Below, one piece after another: positions 1-10,118 of a stretch of DNA of 64,000 bases (the stretch's first letter is position 1; every line of letters begins with the position of its first letter). The notes beneath the pieces are model-generated. The model saw only the letters and a list, made by a program, of their open reading frames with translations. It was not told where the DNA came from and did not search any database. Made by a program: the position numbers and the translations under genes. The stretch covers positions 1,281-65,280 of the forward strand of contig DASTVV010000144.1 of the NCBI GenBank assembly GCA_035758925.1, given 5' to 3'. The DNA is from Gemmatimonadaceae bacterium (GTDB lineage Bacteria; Gemmatimonadota; Gemmatimonadetes; Gemmatimonadales; Gemmatimonadaceae).

Positions 1-2408
1 TCACCACCAAACGCGGACGTGCCGGCGCTACGCGGTGGAACGCCTGGGCCGAAGGCGGCCTGCTCCGCGACTACACGGACTACCCGCTCAACTACACGCT
101 CACCGGCCACGCACCAGGCAGCACCACGCCCATCGAGGCCGCGCAGTGCACGTTGTCGCGCGTCGCGGCCGGCACGTGCATCGTCGACAGCCTGCGCACG
201 TACGCGCCGACGCACGACCCCGATGCGACACCGCTGAGCTGGGGCTATCGCAATCAACTGGGGATGAGCGCCGCCGGCGGGACCGACGCGGTGCGCTACT
301 TCCTCAGCGCGGAGCGCGAAGCGGAAACCAGCGTCATCAAATTGCCCGAGTTCGAGCAGCGCCGGTACGCGGCGACGGGCATCCCGCTGCGCGACTACAA
401 CATGCGGCCCAACGCGTTGGACAAATACAGCGTTCGCGCCAACCTCAATGCCTCACCGCTGTCGAATCTCGATTTCGCGCTGTCGACCGGATTCATCAAC
501 TCCGACACCCGGTTCATGCTCGAGTCCAACGCGACGGCGGGCCTGGGGTCGCAGTTGTTCGGAGGCAAGGGATACAGGCAGAACGGCAACATCTCGGGCC
601 TCGAAGCGGGTACGCCAACGTCGCCACTATCAGGCTACCGTGCCTGGACGCCGGGTTACACGTTCCAGGAGCTGAACCAGCAGCGCGTGACGCGCACGCT
701 GGTCTCCGGCACCGCGGACTGGCGGCCGCTGGCGTGGATGCAGAACCGCGCCACGGTCGGCGTGGACTACACCAGCCGGTACGACTACGCGATGAACCGT
801 CGCGGCGAAGGCACACCGGTATCGTCCACGAACCGCCTGGGCAACGCGTTCGACGACCGCACGGCGATTCGCAACCTGTCGTTCGACCTCGGCAGCTCGT
901 CCACCTGGCGGCCACTCACGTCGATGTCGGTGCGCAGCACGGTGGGCGCGCAGTACGTGAACTACTATCTCGAGCAGAACAACGCCGACGGGTCACAGCT
1001 CGCGCCGGGCACCGTGACGCCGAACTCCGGCACCGTGCTGGCGCCCACGAGCGCGGCGACGTACCAGAAGACGCTCGGCGGATTCGTCGAAGAACAGATC
1101 GGCTGGAACGACCGCCTCTTCGTGACCGGCGCGGTGCGAACGGACCAGAACAGCGCCTTCGGGACGAAGTTCCAGCGCGCGGTCTACCCCAAGCTCAGCG
1201 CATCGTGGATCGTCTCGGATGAACAGTTCTTCCCGAGCGCGACGTGGCTGGATCAGTTGCGGCTGCGCATGGCGTACGGCAAGTCGGGAGTGCAGCCAGG
1301 GCCGAACGATGCGCTCAAGACGTTCGATGGCGCCCTGACCAGCTACCGGGCACAGGACGCACCGTCGGTGATCTATACGGCCGTCGGCAACCAGTTCCTC
1401 AGGCCCGAGAAAACGGCGGAGATCGAGGCCGGGTTCGACCTTCGCTTGCTGCGCCGCGCGAACGCCGAGATCACGTACTACTCGAAGCACACGGAGGACG
1501 CGCTGATCAGCGCAACGATCCCACCGTCGGCTGGCGCCGCGGTGAACGTGCGCCGCAATCTGGGCTCGGTCACCAACAAGGGTTTCGAGCTGCTGGTGAA
1601 CGGCCAGATCCTCGATCGGTCGTTCCTCGGCGTCGACCTCGCGGTCTCCGTCGCCAGGAATGACAACAAGCTCGTCAAGCTCGGTGTCGACGAATCAGGC
1701 AAGCCGCTGCCGCCGGTGATCAACACCGAGTGGCGCGCACAGGCAGGCTACCCGCTGTTCGGGTTCTGGGCACGGCCCATCTTGGGCTGGGACGACAAGG
1801 ACAAGAACGGCATCCTCACCTACAACGCGAATCCGGCGCTGAACGAAGTATTCGTCGGAACCGACACGGTTTTCCGCGGCAACTCGTCGCCGCGCACGAC
1901 GGCGGTCGTGACGCCGGGCGTCGAGCTGTTCCGCCGCCGCCTGCGCATCTCGTCGCTCTTCGAGTACAAGGGCGGGTGGCTGCACTACAACAACACGGAG
2001 CGAATTCGCTGCGCGAGTCGCGTCAACTGCAACGCGCTGGAGAATCCGGCGGCATCGTTCGAGGAGCAGGCCATGGCAGTAGCGCACCTCGAGTTGCCGC
2101 TCTCATCGCGGACCCTGGATGGATTCTTCCAGGACGGCACGTTCACGCGCTGGCGTGAGCTGAGTGTCAGCTACACGATGCCGAATCAGTTCGTTGCGCG
2201 GTACATGCGGGCGAACAACGGCAGCATCAGCCTCTCGGCGCGCAACCTCCACGTGTGGACGGAGTATCGCGGTCTCGATCCCGACATCGATCGGCTGGCC
2301 GGAACGTCCGCGGCAGCCGCGGGCGCGCCGCCCAATGCGCCGACCGACGAGTTCCAGACGATGGGCATTCCCACGTACTTCGTCGTTCGCTTCAACCTTG
2401 GATTCTGA
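1..2408 (+). CDS. SusC/RagA-type TonB-dependent outer-membrane receptor (5' end lies upstream of window)
   Basis: Frame 3 is open from nt 3 (TTKRGRAGATRWNAW..., the tail of the SusC plug motif ITTKRG), so track ORF 153..2408 is only the first in-frame Met. Long beta-barrel-like sequence ends YFVVRFNLGF (terminal Phe). A SusD-like lipoprotein gene follows 8 nt later. Confidence 0.9.
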   Translation, partial: TTKRGRAGATRWNAWAEGGLLRDYTDYPLNYTLTGHAPGSTTPIEAAQCTLSRVAAGTCIVDSLRTYAPTHDPDATPLSWGYRNQLGMSAAGGTDAVRYFLSAEREAETSVIKLPEFEQRRYAATGIPLRDYNMRPNALDKYSVRANLNASPLSNLDFALSTGFINSDTRFMLESNATAGLGSQLFGGKGYRQNGNISGLEAGTPTSPLSGYRAWTPGYTFQELNQQRVTRTLVSGTADWRPLAWMQNRATVGVDYTSRYDYAMNRRGEGTPVSSTNRLGNAFDDRTAIRNLSFDLGSSSTWRPLTSMSVRSTVGAQYVNYYLEQNNADGSQLAPGTVTPNSGTVLAPTSAATYQKTLGGFVEEQIGWNDRLFVTGAVRTDQNSAFGTKFQRAVYPKLSASWIVSDEQFFPSATWLDQLRLRMAYGKSGVQPGPNDALKTFDGALTSYRAQDAPSVIYTAVGNQFLRPEKTAEIEAGFDLRLLRRANAEITYYSKHTEDALISATIPPSAGAAVNVRRNLGSVTNKGFELLVNGQILDRSFLGVDLAVSVARNDNKLVKLGVDESGKPLPPVINTEWRAQAGYPLFGFWARPILGWDDKDKNGILTYNANPALNEVFVGTDTVFRGNSSPRTTAVVTPGVELFRRRLRISSLFEYKGGWLHYNNTERIRCASRVNCNALENPAASFEEQAMAVAHLELPLSSRTLDGFFQDGTFTRWRELSVSYTMPNQFVARYMRANNGSISLSARNLHVWTEYRGLDPDIDRLAGTSAAAAGAPPNAPTDEFQTMGIPTYFVVRFNLGF

Positions 2409-2415
2409 GCCACCC

Positions 2416-3843
2416 ATGCGCATACCCATGATCGATACAACCCGGCGGCGCCGCGCGGCGGCAACGATGCTCGTCGCTGCGGCGCTGGTCGCCTGCCGGA
2501 CGTCGGAACTGCTCGAGGCCAACGACCCCGACATCGTGGCGCCCGAGAACGTCGAGTCCCCCGCCGGCGCCGACGCCGTGCGACTCGGCGCCATCCAGCG
2601 CTGGCGTCTCACCACCGGCGCCGACAACACGAATGGGCAGGAGAGCACCTGGTTGTTCGGCGGACTGCTCACCGACGAGTGGGGCACGGGCTCCACGTTC
2701 GTGCAGAACGACGAAGTGGACAAACGCGCCATCGGCGCAAGCAACCAGACCGTCACGTTCGCGTTCCGTAAGCTGCATCGCGTCCGGACGGCGGTGAATC
2801 AGGCCATTCCGCTGATGGCCAAGTATCGCCCGACGGAGTCGACGCAAATCGCGGAGCTGCTCTTTGCGCGCGCGTTCGCCGAGATGCAGCTGGCGTCGGA
2901 TTTCTGCAACGGCATTCCGTTCAGCGATGCGGCGACTTCGGGGTCCATCGAATACGGAGACCCGCTGACGGTGGACTCGGTGTTCAAGCGCGCGATCGCG
3001 ACCGCCGACTCCGGCATCGGGCTCATCACCGCGACGGACTCACAGGCGACCAACATCCTCAACGGGCTCCGCGTCGTGAAGGCCCGCGCCCTGCTGGGGC
3101 TCAACCGGATCTCGGAGGCAGGCGCCGCGGTCGCGAACGTGCCGACGAGCTTCGTCTACAACCACACGTTCAGCGCCAACGTCGGGTCCAACGCCATCTG
3201 GGGACAGCCCTTCAGTGGCGGCCGGTACCTGGTGGGAGACAGCGTGGACGGCAACGCGCGCGACATTCGCGTGCTCAACGCCATTCCGTTCTTCTCCTCC
3301 AACGATCCGCGGACACCCGCCTTCTATACAATTGCGACGGTCGGCGGCAAGCCGGACACCGCCAAGTCTCAGGATGGACTGACCCTGGTTCGCAAGCTGG
3401 GAAGGTCGACGACGCAGCCTGTGTACGCCCAATTCACGTCGGTCACGGTCACCAGCGGATTCGACGCACGGCTGATCGAGGCCGAAGCGCAGCTGGCGGC
3501 GGGCAACCCCGCCTGGCTCACCACGTTGAACACGCTGCGCGCCACCCCGTACGTCATCGGCACGATCACGACGCCGGTGATGGCTGCGCTTTCGGATCCA
3601 GGGACGGCGGACGCCCGGATCAATCTGCTGTTCCGGGAAAAGGCGTTTTGGACGTTCACCCGCGGCCAACGGCTGGGCGACATGCGGCGCCTGATACGGT
3701 ATTACGGCCGGCCGGCAACCTCTGTGTTCCCCGAAGGTGTCCATTACAGAGGGGGGACCTACGGCACCGACGTGAATCTCCCGGTTCCCCAAGAAGAAGA
3801 AAACAATCCCAAATGGAGGGGTTGCCTTGATCGCAATGCCTAG
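2416..3843 (+). CDS. SusD/RagB-family outer-membrane nutrient-binding lipoprotein
   Basis: In-frame ATG at 2416 gives MRIPMIDTTRRRRAAATMLVAAALVAC (signal plus lipobox Cys). About 475 aa, directly downstream of the SusC-like gene. The track start 2164 lies inside SusC and is rejected. Family call rests on context and overall resemblance, not on a search. Confidence 0.85.
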   Translation: MRIPMIDTTRRRRAAATMLVAAALVACRTSELLEANDPDIVAPENVESPAGADAVRLGAIQRWRLTTGADNTNGQESTWLFGGLLTDEWGTGSTFVQNDEVDKRAIGASNQTVTFAFRKLHRVRTAVNQAIPLMAKYRPTESTQIAELLFARAFAEMQLASDFCNGIPFSDAATSGSIEYGDPLTVDSVFKRAIATADSGIGLITATDSQATNILNGLRVVKARALLGLNRISEAGAAVANVPTSFVYNHTFSANVGSNAIWGQPFSGGRYLVGDSVDGNARDIRVLNAIPFFSSNDPRTPAFYTIATVGGKPDTAKSQDGLTLVRKLGRSTTQPVYAQFTSVTVTSGFDARLIEAEAQLAAGNPAWLTTLNTLRATPYVIGTITTPVMAALSDPGTADARINLLFREKAFWTFTRGQRLGDMRRLIRYYGRPATSVFPEGVHYRGGTYGTDVNLPVPQEEENNPKWRGCLDRNA

Positions 3844-4261
3844 CGAAGCCGCCAGGGAACTCGTGGCCCGCCCGGAGCGAGTGGGGGAGGTGGGAGAGGT
3901 CGGGCGGGCCGCCCACCATATGGTCGGCACCGTCGCCGCCTACGTGCGGCAGCACTTCGCGCGCGAGATCACCAACGCCGAGCTCGCGGCGCTCATCGGA
4001 GTCTCCCCCAGCTACATGACGCGCATCTTCCGGCGGATCACGCGCGTGAGCCCCCAGGCCTATGTCCGTCGCGTGCGCCTGGTCACGGCCGTCCGGCTCG
4101 CGCGCGCCGGATACAGCCAGCGTGAGGTGGCGTCGCTCACAGGCTACTCGAGCAAGTGCCATCTCTCGCGCAGCTTCACGCGGACGTTTGGCCAGACGCT
4201 GGGATCATTCGTTCGGTCGGGACGCCAAGCGGTTTCGGAAGGAGAAGAAGCGCCGGCGTGA
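3836..4261 (+). CDS. AraC-family transcriptional regulator, HTH domain only (about 141 aa)
   Basis: Two AraC-type HTH units: ITNAELAALIGVSPSYMTRIFRRITRVSPQAYVRRVRL and GYSQREVASLTGYSSKCHLSRSFTRTFGQTLGSF. The ATG at 3836 overlaps the SusD stop. No sensor domain is present. Confidence 0.7.
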   Translation: MPSEAARELVARPERVGEVGEVGRAAHHMVGTVAAYVRQHFAREITNAELAALIGVSPSYMTRIFRRITRVSPQAYVRRVRLVTAVRLARAGYSQREVASLTGYSSKCHLSRSFTRTFGQTLGSFVRSGRQAVSEGEEAPA

Positions 4262-4337
4262 CGTCTTGCGCCCGTGGTTCCGGCACGAGAAGATAGGATT
4301 CGACTGTTCGTCCTATCTTCATGCCGGGGGTCTGCTT

Positions 4338-4862
4338 ATGCGGAGCGTGCAGCGCTCGCGGTTCCTGGTCCTGCTCGCTGCGGTCGCGTGTTCAAGCGCG
4401 TCGAGCACCACGGAAACGCGCCCCGCCCGAGCTCCGCGACCGGCCTCGGATCTGATCACGCGCGAAGAGATCGAGACGCGGGCGAAGGGACTCAGCAGCG
4501 GCTACGAGATCGTCGAGGCGCTGCACGGCAACTGGCTGCGTGCGCGCAGCGGTACTGGCTCCGCCGGACGCACGACGCTTCCCGCTCCGGCGCAGCGAAC
4601 TGACAGCGGGGCGCGCAATCCGTACTCCACGATGACGGGCAGCTCGACACGCGACACGTTGCGTTCCGAGCTCGGAGCGCCCGCCGGTATCCAGGTCTAC
4701 CTCGATGGCATCCGTATGGGCGGCCTTGGAGAGCTGAAACGCATCCCGGCGCAGGGCATCCATTCCATCCGGCACTACACGGGCACCGAAGCGCAGACGA
4801 GATTTGGTCCGGGCCACAGCGACGGCGTCATCGCCGTCTCCACCCGACCGGATCCGCGCTGA
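4338..4862 (+). CDS. hypothetical lipoprotein with TonB-plug-like C-terminal motif
   Basis: ATG at 4338 gives MRSVQRSRFLVLLAAVACSS (signal plus lipobox). C-terminal IQVYLDGIRMGG...IHSIRHYTGTEA..GVIAVSTR resembles the plug motif of TonB-dependent receptors. No other recognisable domain. Confidence 0.5.
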   Translation: MRSVQRSRFLVLLAAVACSSASSTTETRPARAPRPASDLITREEIETRAKGLSSGYEIVEALHGNWLRARSGTGSAGRTTLPAPAQRTDSGARNPYSTMTGSSTRDTLRSELGAPAGIQVYLDGIRMGGLGELKRIPAQGIHSIRHYTGTEAQTRFGPGHSDGVIAVSTRPDPR

Positions 4863-4879
4863 ACATCGACCCGTCACCG

Positions 4880-5695
4880 TTGCCGTCTTCGCAATTCAGT
4901 TTGACCGGCCGCTCCGCCATAGTCACCGGCGGCTACGGCGTCCTTGGTGGTTGCATCGCGTCGGGCCTCGCGACGGCCGGCGCGCGCGTCGCGATCCTCG
5001 GCAGAAAGCGCGACTCCGCGGAAGCGAAGGCGCAGGAACTTCGCGCCGCGGGTGTGGAGTCCATCGCGCTGGTGGCGGACGTTCTGGACGAGGGCGCCGT
5101 CCGCGCGGCCAGCGAGACTTTGCGATCCACTTGGGGCAAGGTTGACATTCTGATCAACGCCGCCGGCGGCAACGTCGCTCGCGCCCGTAACGACAATCGC
5201 AGCGTGTTCGACGTGCCGATGGATGCGCTCGACGAAGCGCTTCGGCTCAACCTGCACGGCTCTCTCATCCCGTCGATGATCTTTGGCCAGGCGATGGCGC
5301 ACGTCGGTTCCGGCTGCATCGTGAACATCTCGTCGATGGCCGCGATTCAGGCCCTCAGTGGCGTCCTGGGCTACTCCATCGCGAAAGCGGGGATCGACAA
5401 CTTCACGCGTTGGCTTGCGGTGGAGCTGGCTCGCCGGCATGGCGACGGCCTGCGCGTGAATGCCGTGGCGCCAGGGTTTTTCGTGACCGAGCAGAATCGC
5501 AACGTCCTCGTGAAGCCCGACGGCTCGCCGACGGATCGCGCGCGCACGATCATCGCGCGCACTCCGATGGGTCGCTTCGGCAAACCTGAAGAGCTGGTCG
5601 GCGCGGTGCAGTGGTTGTGCAGCGACGCGGCGTCGTTCGTTACCGGAGCCGTGATTCCGGTGGACGGCGGCTTCAGTGCATTCAGCGGCGTCTGA
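4880..5695 (+). CDS. short-chain dehydrogenase/reductase, probable D-mannonate/fructuronate oxidoreductase (SDR-type UxuB)
   Basis: TTG start. Rossmann motif [12 protein letters not shown], a NAAG motif, and catalytic Y-x3-K (YSIAKAG). Sits immediately upstream of uxuA-eda-kdgK. The substrate assignment is contextual. Confidence 0.8.
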   Translation: MPSSQFSLTGRSAIVTGGYGVLGGCIASGLATAGARVAILGRKRDSAEAKAQELRAAGVESIALVADVLDEGAVRAASETLRSTWGKVDILINAAGGNVARARNDNRSVFDVPMDALDEALRLNLHGSLIPSMIFGQAMAHVGSGCIVNISSMAAIQALSGVLGYSIAKAGIDNFTRWLAVELARRHGDGLRVNAVAPGFFVTEQNRNVLVKPDGSPTDRARTIIARTPMGRFGKPEELVGAVQWLCSDAASFVTGAVIPVDGGFSAFSGV

Positions 5696-5715
5696 CCCAC
5701 GCGCGGCAGACGACG

Positions 5716-6753
5716 ATGCAGATGAGCTTCCGGTGGTTCGGCGCGGACGATCCCGTGAGGCTGGAATTCATCCGGCAGATTCCCGGAGTCACCGGGATCG
5801 TGAGCGCGCTGCATGACGTTCCGGCCGGCGAGGTGTGGCCGAAAGACGCGCTCTGGCGGCTGCGCGAACGAATCGAGCGGTCGGGATTCCAGTTCGTGGT
5901 CGCCGAGAGCATCCCGGTGCACGAGGACATCAAGCTCGGCCGGCCATCGGCCGATGGCCTGATCGACAACTATTGCACCAGCGTCGCGCATCTCGGCGCA
6001 GCCGGCGTCCCCGTGCTGTGCTACAACTTCATGCCCATCTTCGACTGGACACGCACGTCGCTCGATTCGCGTCTGGACGATGGGTCGAGCGCACTGGCCT
6101 ACGACGACGCCGCCCTGCAGCGCGTGGACCTCAGCCGTGGAACGCGCGACCTCCCGGGCTGGGGTGCAGCCTACGACGCGGCGCAACTCCAGGCCCTGCT
6201 GGCGGCGTACAAGAACGTGCCCGCGGAACGTCTCTGGGAGAATCTCGCACACTTTCTCGCGCGCGTGGTTCCGGTCGCGGCGTCTGTCGGAGTCAGGATG
6301 GCGATCCATCCCGACGACCCACCATGGCCCATCTTCGGTCTGCCGCGCATCATCACCAATGCGGCGGCGCTGCGTCGTTTCGTCAGCCTGGTGGACAATC
6401 CCGCGAATGGCGTCACGTTCTGCACGGGTTCACTCGGCGCCGATCCGGCGAACGACCTGCCGTCGATGGTTCGCGAGCTGGGCTCGCGAATCCATTTTGC
6501 CCACTGTCGCAACGTGCGCGTCACCGGGCCGCGCCGATTCAATGAAAGCCCGCATCCGTCGCGGTTCGGCAGTGTGAACATGTTGAATGTCCTGCGAGCG
6601 CTCCACAATGTTGGTTTCGGCGGCCCCGTGCGTCCTGATCACGGGCGCATGATCTGGGGCGAAACCGGCCGACCCGGCTATGGTCTGTACGACCGCGCGC
6701 TGGGCGCGATGTATCTCCAGGGTCTCTGGGAAGCGATCGACAACCAACCATGA
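5716..6753 (+). CDS. uxuA: mannonate dehydratase
   Basis: Begins [32 protein letters not shown], the canonical UxuA N-terminus. About 345 aa. The track start 5611 overlaps the SDR gene and is rejected. Confidence 0.9.
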   Translation: MQMSFRWFGADDPVRLEFIRQIPGVTGIVSALHDVPAGEVWPKDALWRLRERIERSGFQFVVAESIPVHEDIKLGRPSADGLIDNYCTSVAHLGAAGVPVLCYNFMPIFDWTRTSLDSRLDDGSSALAYDDAALQRVDLSRGTRDLPGWGAAYDAAQLQALLAAYKNVPAERLWENLAHFLARVVPVAASVGVRMAIHPDDPPWPIFGLPRIITNAAALRRFVSLVDNPANGVTFCTGSLGADPANDLPSMVRELGSRIHFAHCRNVRVTGPRRFNESPHPSRFGSVNMLNVLRALHNVGFGGPVRPDHGRMIWGETGRPGYGLYDRALGAMYLQGLWEAIDNQP

Positions 6754-7400
6754 CCGACGTCATCGGCGTTTTTCGCGAATGCAAGATCGTCCCGGTCCTC
6801 GTCATCGAGGATCCGGCGTCCGCGGTCCCCGTTGCGCAGGCGCTGGCGGCCGGCGGGCTCACCTGCGCCGAAGTCACCTTTCGCACTGCGCGCGCGACCG
6901 AGGTGCTCAGCCGCATGACCGGCGAAGTGCCCGGGCTGCTCGCGGGCGCCGGCACGGTGCTCTCGGTGAAACAGGCGCAGGACGCACGCGTGGCCGGCGC
7001 GAAATTCATCGTCGCACCGGGCTTCAACCCCGAGGTCGCGGCCTTCTGTGCCGAGCGACAGTTGCCGTACTTCCCCGGCATCGCCACGCCGACGGAGCTG
7101 GAGCGCGCGCTCGGGCATGATCTGCACGTGCTCAAGCTCTTTCCCGCCGAACCGCTGGGAGGCGTCACGTATCTGAAGGCGATCGCCGCGCCGTACGGCA
7201 GCGCAGTGGAGTTCATGCCGACCGGCGGAATCTCGGCCTCCAACATCGGCTCGTACCTCGCGCTGAAACAGGTTGTCGCCTGCGGCGGATCGTGGATGGC
7301 GCCGGCCGAGTGGGTGAAGGCCGGCAGGTTCGACGCGATTCGCGAAGAGACGGCAAAGGCCGTTGCTGCCGCGCGTCCACTATCCGGTGCTACCGCATGA
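6750..7400 (+). CDS. eda: 2-dehydro-3-deoxyphosphogluconate / 4-hydroxy-2-oxoglutarate aldolase
   Basis: ATGA overlap with the uxuA stop. [22 protein letters not shown]...EVTFRT... and KLFPAE..GG...LKA..P motifs typical of KDPG aldolase. 216 aa. Confidence 0.9.
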   Translation: MTDVIGVFRECKIVPVLVIEDPASAVPVAQALAAGGLTCAEVTFRTARATEVLSRMTGEVPGLLAGAGTVLSVKQAQDARVAGAKFIVAPGFNPEVAAFCAERQLPYFPGIATPTELERALGHDLHVLKLFPAEPLGGVTYLKAIAAPYGSAVEFMPTGGISASNIGSYLALKQVVACGGSWMAPAEWVKAGRFDAIREETAKAVAAARPLSGATA

Positions 7401-8464
7401 CCGCCGCACGACAGACGACGTGCGTCGTCACGCTCGGTGAGTTGATGCTGCGACTCAAGTCGCCGGGCTTCGAGCGGTTGTTCCAAAGCCCGGCGCTCGA
7501 GGCGACCTTCGGCGGCGCCGAAGCCAACGTAGCGGTGTCGCTCGCCCAGTTCGGCGTGGCCGCCCGGTTCGTGAGTGCCATTCCTTCCAACAACATCGGT
7601 GACGCTGGCGTCGCCGAGTTGCGTCGGCACGGCGTGGACACGTCGTACATCAAACGGCAGGGCGAGCGGCTCGGCGTCTACTTTCTCGAGGCCGGCGCCA
7701 ACCAGCGGCCCTCCAAGGTCACCTACGATCGCGCGGGCGCGGCGATCGCGGCGGCCGATCCGTCAGCGTTCGACTGGAGCGCCATATTCGCCGGCGCCGA
7801 CTGGTTCCATGTGAGTGGTGTCACGCCTGCCATCAGCCAGAGTGCGGCCGACGTGGCGATGGCAGCGGCGCGTGCCGCACGCAAGAACGGACTCACCGTG
7901 TCCGTGGACTACAACTATCGCAAGAACCTGTGGCGCTATGGCAAGAAGGCGCCCGAGATCATGCGCGTCCTGGTAGCGGAGGCGCACGTCGGAATTGCGA
8001 ACGAGGAAGATTGTCAGCAAGCCCTCGGCATCGAGGCCGGCGGGAAGGGCGGCACGTCCTCCGACGTCACGAGCGGTGCGCTGCAGCTGGATTATTATCG
8101 GGCGCTCGCCGAGCGCGTTCTGAAGGAGTTTCCCAACCTCACGCACCAGTCCATCACGCTGCGCGAGAGTCACAGCGCGGACCGCAATGGCTGGTCCGCG
8201 GTGCTTGCGACGCGCGACAAGTTTCTGCACAGCCGCCGCTACGAGATCACCGACATCGTCGATCGCGTCGGCGCGGGCGACTCGTTTGCGGCAGGCCTCA
8301 TTCACGGATTACGCGCGTACAAGGATGACGCGCAGCGGGCGCTGGAGTTTGCGACCGCCGCGTCCTGCCTCAAGCACTCCATCCTCGGCGACTTCAATCG
8401 TGTGACGGTCGCGGAAGTGGAATCCCTGGTCGGTGGAGACGCCAGCGGCCGGGTACAGCGATGA
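7397..8464 (+). CDS. kdgK: 2-dehydro-3-deoxygluconokinase (PfkB/ribokinase family)
   Basis: ATGA overlap with the eda stop. N-terminal [11 protein letters not shown], an ANVAVSLAQ motif, and C-terminal [17 protein letters not shown] (PfkB signature). About 355 aa. Confidence 0.88.
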   Translation: MTAARQTTCVVTLGELMLRLKSPGFERLFQSPALEATFGGAEANVAVSLAQFGVAARFVSAIPSNNIGDAGVAELRRHGVDTSYIKRQGERLGVYFLEAGANQRPSKVTYDRAGAAIAAADPSAFDWSAIFAGADWFHVSGVTPAISQSAADVAMAAARAARKNGLTVSVDYNYRKNLWRYGKKAPEIMRVLVAEAHVGIANEEDCQQALGIEAGGKGGTSSDVTSGALQLDYYRALAERVLKEFPNLTHQSITLRESHSADRNGWSAVLATRDKFLHSRRYEITDIVDRVGAGDSFAAGLIHGLRAYKDDAQRALEFATAASCLKHSILGDFNRVTVAEVESLVGGDASGRVQR

Positions 8465-9846
8465 AACGGCCGACGGCGGACCACGAGGCGGAGCTAAAGG
8501 CGGATCTGACTGCCGACCTGAAGGCGGGCGTCAGGTCCGATGTAAGCTCCGAACTCAGGTCCGATGTAGGATCCGATGTTCGGTCCGCCGTTTTGGGTTA
8601 TCGGTGGCGGATCGTCGCGCTGCTCTTCTTCGCGACCACGATCAACTACGTCGACCGCCAGGTGCTGGGCATCCTCGCGCCGACGCTGCAGCGCGAGCTG
8701 AGCTGGAGCGAAACCGACTATGGCGCGATCGTGTCGTGGTTCAGCTTCGCGTACGGCATCGGCCTGCTGCTCACCGGGCGTATCCTCGACGCCGTGGGCA
8801 CACGCATCGGGTTCTCGGTGGCCATCGTCACGTGGAGTTTCGCGGCGATGGCCCACGCGATCGCCCGCTCGGTCACCGGCTTTGGACTCGTGCGAGGACT
8901 TCTTGGCCTCGGCGAGTCCGCGAACTTTCCCGCGGCGATCAAGACCGTGGCGCAGTGGTTCCCGCAAAAGGAGCGAGCGCTGGCCGTCGGGATATTCAAC
9001 GCCGGCAGCAACGTCGGTGCGATCGTGGCGCCGCTCGTTGTACCATGGATCGCGCTGACGCTGGGGTGGCGCTGGGCGTTCATCATCACCGGAGCGATCG
9101 GCTTCGTGTGGCTGGTGTTCTGGCTGGCCACGTATCGCGAACCGGAACATCACGCCCGAGTGTCACGGGAAGAATTGCAGCACATTCGCCGCGATGAAAC
9201 GCGCGAAGTCACCAGCACCTCGAATGACGTCTCGTGGCTCCAGGTGTTGCGCCAGCGCCAGACGTGGGCGTTCGTCGTCGGAAAGACGATGACGGATCCG
9301 GTGTGGTACTTCTATCTGTTCTGGCTCCCGAAGTTTCTCGACACGAGCTTCGGCGTGCAGCTCAAGGGCTTGGCGGCGCCGCTCATCGCGATCTATCTCG
9401 TCGCGGACGTCGGTTCCGTAGGCGGCGGGTGGATCTCCAGCTGGTTCCTCACACGCGGCTGGAGCGTGAACCGCAGCCGAAAGACCGCGATGCTGATCGC
9501 GGCGCTGTTGATCGCGCCCACGATGTTCGCGCCGCGGGCGCAAAGCTTATGGATAGCGGTGGCATTGGTGAGCGTCGCCGCCGCGGCGCACCAGTGGTGG
9601 TCGGCGAACCTGTTCACGACGGTGAGCGACCTGTTCCCGCGCCGCGCCGTCGCGACCGTGGTCGGCATCGGCGGGTTCGGAGGCGCCATGGCAGGCATGG
9701 CGTTTCAGCGAGGGACGGGACGTCTCCTCGACGCCACGCATGGCAATTACGCCCCGATCTTCGTGGTGTGCGGGCTCACCTACCTCGTCGCGCTCGCGAT
9801 CGTGCATCTCCTGGTGCCGCGCATGCGCCCGGCGAGACTCGAATAA
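8461..9846 (+). CDS. exuT: MFS transporter, hexuronate transporter (ExuT)-like
   Basis: ATGA overlap with the kdgK stop. [27 protein letters not shown]...DYG is the ExuT/ACS-family N-terminus, followed by about 12 TM segments. The first 44 codons are a repetitive segment (see repeat 8473..8591). An in-frame TTG at 8593 is an alternative start. Confidence 0.85.
   Translation: MKRPTADHEAELKADLTADLKAGVRSDVSSELRSDVGSDVRSAVLGYRWRIVALLFFATTINYVDRQVLGILAPTLQRELSWSETDYGAIVSWFSFAYGIGLLLTGRILDAVGTRIGFSVAIVTWSFAAMAHAIARSVTGFGLVRGLLGLGESANFPAAIKTVAQWFPQKERALAVGIFNAGSNVGAIVAPLVVPWIALTLGWRWAFIITGAIGFVWLVFWLATYREPEHHARVSREELQHIRRDETREVTSTSNDVSWLQVLRQRQTWAFVVGKTMTDPVWYFYLFWLPKFLDTSFGVQLKGLAAPLIAIYLVADVGSVGGGWISSWFLTRGWSVNRSRKTAMLIAALLIAPTMFAPRAQSLWIAVALVSVAAAAHQWWSANLFTTVSDLFPRRAVATVVGIGGFGGAMAGMAFQRGTGRLLDATHGNYAPIFVVCGLTYLVALAIVHLLVPRMRPARLE
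8473..8591. repeat. imperfect 120-nt palindrome built from two opposed arrays of 12-nt tandem repeats
   Basis: A perfect 10-nt inverted repeat ACGGCGGACC (8473-8482) / GGTCCGCCGT (8582-8591) flanks the element. Left: 5 units of about AAGGCGGAnCTG. Right: 5 units of about AGGTCCGATGTA (8533-8544 and 8557-8568 are identical). The cores CGGAnCT / AGnTCCG are complementary. TTTT follows. Confidence 0.75.
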
Positions 9847-9854
9847 TCCGAGCA

Positions 9855-10044
9855 GGGGACCGGGGACACGGGACAAGGGACAAAGGCAACTGACTGGGGA
9901 ACAGAGAAGGGGAATGGTTGACGGATGAGGTGATGCCTCGTCCCCGTCCTTCCATTCCCCTTCTCCGTTCCCCTTTCCCGAGTCAGTTGCCCGTGTCCCG
10001 TGTCCCGTGTCCCGTGTCCCATGTCCCATGTCCCATGTCCCCGG
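9855..10044. repeat. long imperfect hairpin of opposed heptamer tandem repeats (GGGACAN)n / (NTGTCCC)n; G-quadruplex/i-motif prone
   Basis: The left arm 9855-9917 and right arm 9952-10044 are near reverse complements (shared GGCAACTGACT...GAGAAGGGGAATGG, one 7-nt indel). The right arm carries CCCGTGT x4 plus CCCATGT x3 plus CCCC (8 C3 tracts, 9990-10042). The left arm has 4 G3-4 tracts. The loop is about 34 nt. Confidence 0.85.
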
Positions 10045-10118
10045 TCAATCGTTGACAGCACCCGGGCTTCGGCCCAATGATGGCATTAATAAGGTGACTT
10101 GGCGACATTAGAGGCCCC

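Noticed and set aside
35-1222. 395-aa plus-strand ORF in another frame over the first SusC gene
   Set aside because: It is out of frame with the SusC barrel sequence, which has clear family motifs. The product is Arg-rich nonsense.
9855-10044. Possible CRISPR array (also considered for 18532-18650 and 40914-40978)
   Set aside because: The units are only 7-24 nt and directly abut each other without unique spacers. The arrays are inverted relative to each other, and no cas genes are in the window.
10045-10080. Promoter/operator upstream of the GudD-like gene (GTCAA-TCG-TTGAC, and TTGACA-N17-CAATGA)
   Set aside because: The -10 is poor (the last position is not T) and the palindrome has only 5-bp arms. 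It is too weak to list as a feature, though the -35 match is noted.
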